A stretch of DNA of 64,000 bases from a virus (lineage: Duplodnaviria; Caudoviricetes), in IMG/VR virus record IMGVR_UViG_3300033066_000802, positions 90,612-154,611 of that record. One strand, written 5' to 3'. Positions 56,047 through 64,000 of the stretch are shown one piece after another. How positions within the stretch are numbered: the first letter of the stretch is position 1; every line of letters begins with the position of its first letter. The position numbers and the translations under genes are program-made. The notes under the pieces were generated by a model. It saw nothing but the letters and a program-made list of their open reading frames with translations. It was not told where the DNA came from and did not search any database.

Positions 56047-56886
56047 ATGGAAGAAAATAAGACAATTGACGTAAGTGTAATCATACCAATACACTCAATA
56101 GCTAACGCAAAAACTGCGGAATATTTGGATATAGCTTTAAAAAGTATAAATGTTAACGAAGTAAAACCAAAGAATGTAATCATTGTAAGATGTGGTTGCG
56201 GTGATGTAAAAGAGTTCCTTGATGGGTTTGATTTTAGTGCATATAATTTTAAGGTTGATATAGTTGAAAATTCAACTGGTAAATCATTCCAGAATCAAAT
56301 TAATTATGCTGTATCTAAAGTAACAACCGAATTCTTCAGTTTCCTTGAATTCGATGATGAATACGCATCTAATTGGTTCAGAAACGTTGATTTATATATG
56401 ACTAAACATAAGGATGTTGATATGTTTTTACCCATCATATCAGATGTTAATGTTGATAATAAGTTTTTAATGCTATCTAATGATGCTGTTTGGTCTTATA
56501 ACTTTACAGATGAGATAGGTGTTTTGGATCATGAATCTCTTATGGAATTCCCAAACATTAATATAGATGGTATGGTAATAAGAAAAGAATCATTCATTAA
56601 CGCTGGTGGATTAAAACCATCAATTAAGTTAAGCTTCAATTACGAGTTCTTACTTAGATTTACAAAGAATTCATATAAAGTTATGGTTATACCAAAGATT
56701 GGTTATAAACATACAAACATGAGGGAAAATTCATTATTCTGGAACTATAAACATGAACCAGTAGAAAAATTAACTCCAGATGAGGCAAAATTTTGGATGG
56801 AGTTAGCTAAGAAAGAGTTTTACTATAAGGATGATAGGAATATCGTCTACGCACCAGCACAAAGTGAAGTTATAAATCATGATTAA
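56047..56886 (+). CDS. glycosyltransferase family 2
   Basis: VSVIIPIH...QINYAV...FLEFDDE...GGLK...YEFLLR...YKH. Confidence 0.88.
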   Translation: MEENKTIDVSVIIPIHSIANAKTAEYLDIALKSINVNEVKPKNVIIVRCGCGDVKEFLDGFDFSAYNFKVDIVENSTGKSFQNQINYAVSKVTTEFFSFLEFDDEYASNWFRNVDLYMTKHKDVDMFLPIISDVNVDNKFLMLSNDAVWSYNFTDEIGVLDHESLMEFPNINIDGMVIRKESFINAGGLKPSIKLSFNYEFLLRFTKNSYKVMVIPKIGYKHTNMRENSLFWNYKHEPVEKLTPDEAKFWMELAKKEFYYKDDRNIVYAPAQSEVINHD

Positions 56887-57586
56887 ACCTAAAAACAAAA
56901 ACTACTACGATATCGATCAAGAATCGGCTGTGTTATTGTTTTTAAAATCAAAATCTAACGAAGAGAGAACCAAGATTTATAGAGAATACCTACAGGAACC
57001 GATCAATAAAATGATCGAAATAATTATCAGACGATATAAACTGGAGCGAAAACTCGATCAATTTGAAGATATACATGCAGATGCTTTATCTTTTTTGATG
57101 ACAAAATTTGATAAGTTTGAACCAGAAAGGAATAAAAAATCTTATTCATATTTTGGTACCATTTGTAGGAATTATCTACGAGGTGAACTTATTAAAGAGG
57201 GTAAGAAAAATAGATTACACACCGATATCGATATGGTGGAATCCGAACTCATGGGTAGATCGGATCAAACATATAATATAGATGAGGAAAAGTTTAACGC
57301 TAACTTATTTATAGAAAAATTGATGGTAAAATTAAAGGAAGAATTAATTTCCGATGATTTAACCGATAATGAATTTAAAGTTGGTCACTCTTTAGTTAAA
57401 ATTCTCGAAGAATGGGAGGAATTGTTTAATGATTCTGATAATAAAAACCATACGAAGTTCAATAAAAACCTAATTTTATTATATATTAGAAATATGACAG
57501 GTCTTACAACCAAAGAAATTAGGAATAGTATGAAGCGATTCAAAACACTATATTTCATATTTAAGAACGATTTTATAGAAGACTGA
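56879..57586 (+). CDS. phage sigma-factor-like protein (candidate late sigma)
   Basis: Region-2-like DALSFLMTKFDKFEPERNKKSYSYFGTICRNYL; C-terminal helix-turn-helix-like IRNMTGLTTKEIR. Confidence 0.65.
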   Translation: MIKPKNKNYYDIDQESAVLLFLKSKSNEERTKIYREYLQEPINKMIEIIIRRYKLERKLDQFEDIHADALSFLMTKFDKFEPERNKKSYSYFGTICRNYLRGELIKEGKKNRLHTDIDMVESELMGRSDQTYNIDEEKFNANLFIEKLMVKLKEELISDDLTDNEFKVGHSLVKILEEWEELFNDSDNKNHTKFNKNLILLYIRNMTGLTTKEIRNSMKRFKTLYFIFKNDFIED

Positions 57587-57608
57587 TATTTATATAAAAG
57601 CGAATAAT

Positions 57609-57992
57609 ATGAATTTAACAGCAAATAAAAAGAGGAAAATTGATATAACCGAGGAAAGTTTTAAAGACTTACTCCAAGAAACCTATAATGAAATCGTTGA
57701 TGAGAGGAATAGGGCGCTTGTTGCTTATAAGAAATTCACCAAAGATATCAATGAAAACACCGATATTGCACTTGTTGGTAAGATCACAAACGAATTATTG
57801 AAAATAATGGATGCCGCCACAGAGAAAAAGCTTAGACTTATTAAACTTCAGGGCGATATCCTATACAAATCAGGTAAGCCTGATGGTGGAACTACCGCTG
57901 AAACAACAATTACTGAAGAGGATAGGTTATGGATTCAGGAGCAATTCAAAACACCAAAGGTTGATAAGAACACAAAAGAATATGAGGGGTAA
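57609..57992 (+). CDS. helical protein, possibly terminase small subunit-like
   Basis: 127 aa; VGKITNELLKIMDAATEKKLRLIKLQ; GATATTTAT upstream. Confidence 0.35.
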   Translation: MNLTANKKRKIDITEESFKDLLQETYNEIVDERNRALVAYKKFTKDINENTDIALVGKITNELLKIMDAATEKKLRLIKLQGDILYKSGKPDGGTTAETTITEEDRLWIQEQFKTPKVDKNTKEYEG

Positions 57993-59947
57993 TGGGTACA
58001 CAAAGCGAAATATTTGCAAGATATCGCTCTTTGTTCGACAGTTCAAGTGTTCGACCAACAGAAAGCGAAACCAGTAAAAAACTCAATAATATGAGTTTTG
58101 TTGACTTCCTATTTCAAATTGTGAAAGCAACAAAAGGTCAAAATGAGTTTAAAAATGTTGTACTTAAAGGTTGTTTATCCGAAGCTAAAAAAGCGAATGA
58201 AATAAATAATGTCATAAAAAACGCCATATTTGAGGCTTTTGGTTGTGATAGTAATCTTATAATACCTGGTAAATACACCACAGAGTCAATAAGTGGTATT
58301 GAAATTAGTAAAACAGAAATCGATTTTTATGGGTTATTTAAGCATAATCCTGGCGATTATCCTGGTAAATACATATATGAGGGTAACGATATATCTAAAC
58401 ATATAAATTATTTCTTATATAAATCACAAAGCGTAACCCAAGCATCTCCGATAGTTTTTAGATATAATGGTATTGATTTATTTAATATGTATGCTAAAGA
58501 TTCCGCAACATTAATTTTTAGGTTTGGTTTATCATACAAAAATAAAACATATTCTGAGTGGTTAAAGGATTACCTTGAAGCCGCAAGCCCAATGTATAAT
58601 TTCGTTAATTTTGTTACAATATTAACCGATTTAATAACTGGTTCCGTATCACTGAGTGGTGGAAAAGGTCAGTCTGAGATGGCTCAACAATCGGGACTTA
58701 TTAAAGCATTACAAAAGATTTTTGGGTTTTGTAACGAAAATGATGGTGACGACACACCCAATGGATCTGTTAATGGTTTTTTGAATAATCAAAATAACTC
58801 TATTTCAGTCAATCAAAATAATAATGGTGGATTAAATACTGGTTTTGGAGGAACACAAACAAATGGGCTTGATAACTCCGAAACAATTGACCCATCCGAT
58901 TTATTTGATTTTGATAGTTTATTACTCGATGAAATTAATACAACAGCACAATTAAAAGCTAACGGTTTTATAAGATTCGCAACGTGCGACAATCTCGATA
59001 TACCTGTTAACCCAAACGATATTATGAATGGTTTAAATGAGCTATTCAATAATGCCGATAGTAACTTAATTATCGATTACGGTAATGAGGGTAATAGTAT
59101 TTTAATACCACCAACTGATGTTAGTACTGGCTTCGATAACTCAAAAATCGATCCTAATCTGGATAAGACAACAGATTTTCTCGCAAATACACCACTAAAT
59201 AACGGGTTAAATGATTTGCTTAATTCTGGTGAAGATTCGGTAGCAACAAACTTAGCAAATATAAATTCAGAACATCAATTAAATATTTTAAAAGCAATAC
59301 CATATGCAATGATGGAGATGATAATATCACCAAAATTACTAATGGTACCAAAATTACATGCTGTATTATCGGGTGACACATCTACAAAAAGTAGAAGTCA
59401 AATGATGGAATTGCTACTTGCGATAATTTCTAAAATAGGTGATCATATAACGAAAAAATTATTACAAAACATATTTGATTCGATAAAATCAGATCTTATT
59501 AAATTAGCAAAAACATTAGCTGTTAATTTTTTAAAACAAAGAGGTCTTGATTACTTAGCGTGTCTTTCATCCTTATTAAGTTTAGTAAATTTATTATCTT
59601 CGTTAACAAACGATGGTGGTTGTACGAGTATTCTGGGTAAATTATTAAAATTACTGAAATTAGGTAATTTCGGCCCTATGCCACCAATACCACCACCACT
59701 TGTTTTAGTGGGTGGTGCGCTTAAACCAGGTCTTAACCAGGTATCAATTATTAATGATGTAAAGTCCTCATTGGAGGAAAAAGGTATAGTAACATCACCA
59801 ACAATGCCAGATGGTACACCTAATAATATGATGATAGCTATCGAGGAAACCATAAAAACAATAATACAACACATAAAAACAAATGCCAGTATATCCGTTA
59901 CCACAACTGGCATGGGTTTATCAATGGGTTATGGTCAAATTCAATAA
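57992..59947 (+). CDS. virion/baseplate-associated protein
   Basis: 651 aa in a late operon just upstream of the gp5-like gene; no catalytic motifs recognised. Confidence 0.5.
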   Translation: MGTQSEIFARYRSLFDSSSVRPTESETSKKLNNMSFVDFLFQIVKATKGQNEFKNVVLKGCLSEAKKANEINNVIKNAIFEAFGCDSNLIIPGKYTTESISGIEISKTEIDFYGLFKHNPGDYPGKYIYEGNDISKHINYFLYKSQSVTQASPIVFRYNGIDLFNMYAKDSATLIFRFGLSYKNKTYSEWLKDYLEAASPMYNFVNFVTILTDLITGSVSLSGGKGQSEMAQQSGLIKALQKIFGFCNENDGDDTPNGSVNGFLNNQNNSISVNQNNNGGLNTGFGGTQTNGLDNSETIDPSDLFDFDSLLLDEINTTAQLKANGFIRFATCDNLDIPVNPNDIMNGLNELFNNADSNLIIDYGNEGNSILIPPTDVSTGFDNSKIDPNLDKTTDFLANTPLNNGLNDLLNSGEDSVATNLANINSEHQLNILKAIPYAMMEMIISPKLLMVPKLHAVLSGDTSTKSRSQMMELLLAIISKIGDHITKKLLQNIFDSIKSDLIKLAKTLAVNFLKQRGLDYLACLSSLLSLVNLLSSLTNDGGCTSILGKLLKLLKLGNFGPMPPIPPPLVLVGGALKPGLNQVSIINDVKSSLEEKGIVTSPTMPDGTPNNMMIAIEETIKTIIQHIKTNASISVTTTGMGLSMGYGQIQ

Positions 59948-59948
59948 A

Positions 59949-60161
59949 ATGAAAAACGAAATATTACAAAAGATTTGTGAAACATATAAAGATCTATCAA
60001 ATAAAGAATTATCTAAAATATTGATTAATTTAAATAATGATTTTGAAGTTTTGAAAGAAACAATGCTTGAATTAACAATAGCTATTGGTGAAGTTGAAGA
60101 TACATATGATAAGGTTTATAATGAATTACAAACAAGGTTAAAATTTAAGGATAATGAGTAA
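59949..60161 (+). CDS. small coiled-coil protein
   Basis: ATG 59949, MKNEILQK... Confidence 0.7.
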   Translation: MKNEILQKICETYKDLSNKELSKILINLNNDFEVLKETMLELTIAIGEVEDTYDKVYNELQTRLKFKDNE

Positions 60162-61782
60162 TTTGGATATTATATACGGTGTATGTGTAGATAATTCTGA
60201 TCCTAACAACGCCTATCGTATACGTATGGTTGAAATAGCTTCGTCATTAGATTCAGTTAATCGACCATATGAAGATATATTGAAAATTGTTGAAGTAAAT
60301 GATGCTAAAGGTAAATATATACCCTGGCAATATTCCACAGGTTCAAGAACCAGTGACCCGTATTTAGCTGAAAGTTTCATGCCAATGCATTTAACTATGT
60401 TACCAGAAAAAGGTCAACTTGTTAAGTTATTTAAATACAACGGATCACCCACAAGATATGAATACTTAGGACCTATAACAAATAACCCAATAGATAAATG
60501 GCAAAATTATGCCTTGGCTTTACAAAAAACCAAACCAAATAGTAATTACGAAAAAGGTTTAATACCAAATAAAACCAAATTTCCGTTAAGTGGAAAAAAT
60601 AATGAGCAAATAATAATGGGTGAAAATACTATAGTTCAAAGATTGGATTATATCACCCAACAAAAGAATAGGCGTGAAAAATACCCTTTTCTTCAATTTG
60701 TACAATACCCATCATCAATAAATGTTACAACAGAGAGTAAAACGGAAACAACTGAAAATGATTACCCAGTTGATTTTGTTTTAACAACAGTTTTTGATTA
60801 CGAACCAAAAACGCAAGCGAATAATTTAAATTTATCGTGTACTATTAAGGTATATGATTCATCAAAAATTATAAATGATCGTGGATTAAGTGGTTTAAAG
60901 AAATCTCAGGTTACATTTACTCCAAATTTTCGTTCATTATTAAAAACACCAACAATAACATTCAAATTAAAAGCTGGCACATATAATAAGCTTATAAATG
61001 AGTTTACTAATTTATTAACAGCTATAAAAAATAAGAAGATTTATAAGTTCCCAGCTGATGGGACAATAGAATCTTATACATATACCGATGAATTTATTAA
61101 TTTAGATATTAATAACCAATACGGTTTTTCATCTAATAGTGGTGGCGCTGTACCCGAAAAACCAAACGAGATTATTAATGATAGTTTTGTTGTTATGAAA
61201 GACAATGATCAGGTTGAATTTTTAAAATTGGATTCAGCCACATTAAGTAAGAATTATGGTACAACCGATATTAATAAGTATCCTGAATTTTTATCACTCG
61301 CTGAATTTGTATCTAATGGAGCGTATGAAAAATTCGTTACTAAAATTCAAGCACCATCAACATCAAAAACCATTGATAGCGATGTATCTGAGTATATTAA
61401 TGAATCAGAGAGTGCTAATATCACACATGTTGACAAAATTCTACTATATTCAACCAAAAATGATGTTTCATTAACAACCCAAACACCTGAGATAGATGGG
61501 TTATCTCAGGATAAATTAGCACAATTATTCAAAAATAGTGGGAACCCAGATGAGCGATTTAAATTAGCACACCCAATGCTAAGAGGTGATAAAATGTTAA
61601 ATGTTATTATAAAATTAATTAATTTGTTATTAACACACGGGCATGAAGCTGGAAAGAACCCACCAGATTCATTGGATCAGAATAGCCGCACTGAATTATC
61701 TAATATTATCCAGGATTTACAAAAGGATTTAACGGATAATAAAAATAGTGTTACATTAAACCATTATATACGCTTAAATTAA
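60154..61782 (+). CDS. baseplate central spike protein (gp5/gpV-like)
   Basis: N-terminal OB-fold GVCVDNSDP...RIR...LPEKGQLV; C-terminal LRGD...LTHGH HxH tip motif. Confidence 0.7.
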   Translation: MSNLDIIYGVCVDNSDPNNAYRIRMVEIASSLDSVNRPYEDILKIVEVNDAKGKYIPWQYSTGSRTSDPYLAESFMPMHLTMLPEKGQLVKLFKYNGSPTRYEYLGPITNNPIDKWQNYALALQKTKPNSNYEKGLIPNKTKFPLSGKNNEQIIMGENTIVQRLDYITQQKNRREKYPFLQFVQYPSSINVTTESKTETTENDYPVDFVLTTVFDYEPKTQANNLNLSCTIKVYDSSKIINDRGLSGLKKSQVTFTPNFRSLLKTPTITFKLKAGTYNKLINEFTNLLTAIKNKKIYKFPADGTIESYTYTDEFINLDINNQYGFSSNSGGAVPEKPNEIINDSFVVMKDNDQVEFLKLDSATLSKNYGTTDINKYPEFLSLAEFVSNGAYEKFVTKIQAPSTSKTIDSDVSEYINESESANITHVDKILLYSTKNDVSLTTQTPEIDGLSQDKLAQLFKNSGNPDERFKLAHPMLRGDKMLNVIIKLINLLLTHGHEAGKNPPDSLDQNSRTELSNIIQDLQKDLTDNKNSVTLNHYIRLN

Positions 61783-61795
61783 ACTATTTATCAAT

Positions 61796-63184
61796 ATGGG
61801 ACTTTATAGAACATATTTTGATAAAAATAATACGATAATTAAGGATAGCTCGGTTAACACAGCCAAGAATCCTATATCTGAGTTATATTGCGGTGAAAAT
61901 GTTAGTCGTTTCTTATTTAATTGTGATTTCACAAATCTAAAAGAAATGTTTAGCGAAAACAACATTAATCTTGATACCGCAAGACATATTCTAAAAATAA
62001 AGAATACGTCTGATTTTGATATTAAGAATGGTTTAAATACATTCAACGATATTCTGGTTAGTGATAATGATCGTTCAACATCATTTGACCTTGAATTAAG
62101 ACCGCTTACACAATCTTTTGACGAGGGTACTGGTTATGACTTTACACCAGTTCGTTTAACTGGTGATACATCTTATAAAATAGAACCATCGAACTGGTTC
62201 GAGGCTACCCGTTTAGTTGATTTTACAGAACCAGGTGCGGTAAACACAAATGAAATACTTGCCACACAACACTTTGATAATGGTAACGAAAATGTTGAAT
62301 TAGATATAACAGATTTTGTTAATAGTATAATTACTGAAGCACTTTCATTTCAAGATCTCGATAATAATGAAATAACTACACCATATGGTTTTATTTTAAA
62401 ATATAGTGATGAGTCAGAAACAGCTGACGCTGGGATTACTCGCACACTTGGATTATATACAAAATACACCCAAACCTTTTATGAACCATACATTGAAACA
62501 ACCTGGGATGATCATATCAGTGATGATAGAATAAATTTTTATCATAATAAAACAAATAGATTATATTTATATGTGAATGTTAATGGCGTTCCTACTAATT
62601 TAGACGATGTGCCAACCTGTGTTATAAATGAAACTGAAACTTATTTTCCTGTACATCAAGCAAAAGGTGTCTATTATGTTGAAATAACTGGAAATACATA
62701 TACTGAAACGTATGTTGAAAATATTGATGTGTGGTCTGAACTATATATTAATGGTGTACACCTTGATGATGTTAGATTAAGATTTGTACCAATTGACGGT
62801 AAAACATATTTCGGAATAGGTTCCACAATGAGCGAACCAATTAAATATGGGTTATCTCTCAGCGGTATAAAATTCGGGGAAACAATAGATCAGGGTAATA
62901 TTAGAAAGGTTAATGTACTCTTAAGAAAACCATACACCTTAAACGACTATGATTTTGCTTCTCAGATATATTATAGAATGTATGTGAAACAAGGTAAAAA
63001 TTTGGTTGAAGTTATTGATTGGCAAAGGGTTTCTAAGGGTTATGATACACATTTTTTTAATATAGATACCTCGTGGATGTTACCGCAAACATATTATGTG
63101 GATATAAAAATCATATTAGGTGGAGAGGTAAATATTTATAATGAGCAATTAAAATTTACAATAAATAATAAAATAATACATTAA
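61796..63184 (+). CDS. virion structural protein
   Basis: 462 aa; YFDKNNTI...SRFL...FDEGTG...ELDIT...P.IE..WDD (DNRLRE-like) followed by Ig-like domains; AACTATTTAT upstream. Confidence 0.55.
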   Translation: MGLYRTYFDKNNTIIKDSSVNTAKNPISELYCGENVSRFLFNCDFTNLKEMFSENNINLDTARHILKIKNTSDFDIKNGLNTFNDILVSDNDRSTSFDLELRPLTQSFDEGTGYDFTPVRLTGDTSYKIEPSNWFEATRLVDFTEPGAVNTNEILATQHFDNGNENVELDITDFVNSIITEALSFQDLDNNEITTPYGFILKYSDESETADAGITRTLGLYTKYTQTFYEPYIETTWDDHISDDRINFYHNKTNRLYLYVNVNGVPTNLDDVPTCVINETETYFPVHQAKGVYYVEITGNTYTETYVENIDVWSELYINGVHLDDVRLRFVPIDGKTYFGIGSTMSEPIKYGLSLSGIKFGETIDQGNIRKVNVLLRKPYTLNDYDFASQIYYRMYVKQGKNLVEVIDWQRVSKGYDTHFFNIDTSWMLPQTYYVDIKIILGGEVNIYNEQLKFTINNKIIH

Positions 63185-63185
63185 T

Positions 63186-63578
63186 ATGTTTTTACTATAT
63201 ATAAATCCGCTAAATAAAAATTATAAAGGTGAGTTCATATATGAATTTATCTTTGGAAATAGTGTTGATATCGAATGCGGTGAAGATTGGATGATAACAC
63301 CAGCATCAAGCGGAAGACCTACACCGCCACCAATGAATTATATCGATCAAGTTGAATTACTTCAAAACGAAAGAACTGAACTCGAATTAGCTTTACAATC
63401 AGATAATTTCTCAATGATAGATGCTGTTGAGAATATTATAGCTATCGGTTGGGAAAAGGAATCACCTGATATTGAAAAAAGGTTGGTGTTTCACTATGGT
63501 GAAGAATTAAAAAGTGTTGTAGATAAACTATACAGTAGGGATTTAGCATTTCAAAATAAAACAAACAAAATAAATTAA
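63186..63578 (+). CDS. hypothetical protein
   Basis: 130 aa ORF in operon. Confidence 0.75.
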   Translation: MFLLYINPLNKNYKGEFIYEFIFGNSVDIECGEDWMITPASSGRPTPPPMNYIDQVELLQNERTELELALQSDNFSMIDAVENIIAIGWEKESPDIEKRLVFHYGEELKSVVDKLYSRDLAFQNKTNKIN

Positions 63579-63579
63579 T

Positions 63580-64000
63580 ATGGGAAATATATTTGATAAA
63601 TTAAAAGAAGTTCAAGCGCAAGCGCCTGTATTAAATCTTACATCAGTTAATAAAACCACATTACCACAGATCACTCAGAATCTTACTAATATGGTGAAAA
63701 CTCAAGATCAATTACAACAACAGCAACAAAAATTAACACAAATTCACCCACAGCAATCTGGGGCACCACAACAACAACCAGGTCAACTCGGACGTTTACC
63801 TTCTACAACGATAAGTGAAGAAGGTGATTATCCTGGATCTGTTGATGGTAAAGGGGATAGTAAGGCGTTTGAACCTAAAACACTACCAACTAAAAGTACG
63901 ACAACAATGGGTAGTGGTGGTGAGGATTTTAAAGCTATGGGTATGACAAATATGGCTTCTGATGGGATACCAATTTTGGAAGATGAACCAGAAGATGAAC
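63580..64000 (+). CDS. Gln-rich hypothetical protein, runs off the window end (partial)
   Basis: ATG 63580, MGNIFDKLKEVQAQ..., open to 64000. Confidence 0.7.
   Translation, partial: MGNIFDKLKEVQAQAPVLNLTSVNKTTLPQITQNLTNMVKTQDQLQQQQQKLTQIHPQQSGAPQQQPGQLGRLPSTTISEEGDYPGSVDGKGDSKAFEPKTLPTKSTTTMGSGGEDFKAMGMTNMASDGIPILEDEPEDE

Noticed and set aside
1-64000. Stop-codon reassignment as in some Bacteroidota jumbo phages
   Set aside because: Code 11 yields full-length genes at high density, with TAG and TGA serving as real stops (e.g. 21920, 30398, 57586)
1-64000. tRNA, rRNA or group I intron
   Set aside because: Intergenic gaps are short and AT-rich; no cloverleaf or intron core recognised by eye (tRNAscan/Infernal would be needed to exclude them formally)

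Overview
This is a 64-kb, very AT-rich, gene-dense segment of a large contractile-tailed (jumbo/huge) phage read in standard code 11. Bases 1-28.1 kb are mostly minus-strand virion genes: head/neck, tail terminator, sheath, tube, a chaperone pair, tape measure and giant baseplate proteins, one ending in a lytic transglycosylase. An endonuclease/kinase island sits between the tube and chaperone genes. Bases 28.1-64 kb are mostly plus-strand: an intein-containing SNF2-like helicase, neck protein, family B DNA polymerase, WYL protein, a ~15-kb glycosylation cluster with a nonulosonic-acid pathway, dUTPase, PhoH, a sigma-like factor and more baseplate genes. The lack of Shine-Dalgarno sites and the presence of TAnnTTTG promoters point to a Bacteroidota host. 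The most striking observations are: (1) an intein whose endonuclease is a separate gene overprinted in the +1 frame, with synonymous codon choices that keep the intein frame open; (2) a macro-like domain inserted in-frame in the polymerase proofreading domain; (3) a phage NeuB/HAD/NeuA/Maf-like pathway alongside a [ST]GxT motif enriched in virion proteins; (4) a strand-specific TATTTAT late-promoter motif. All product calls come from motif recognition by eye; no database searches were run.
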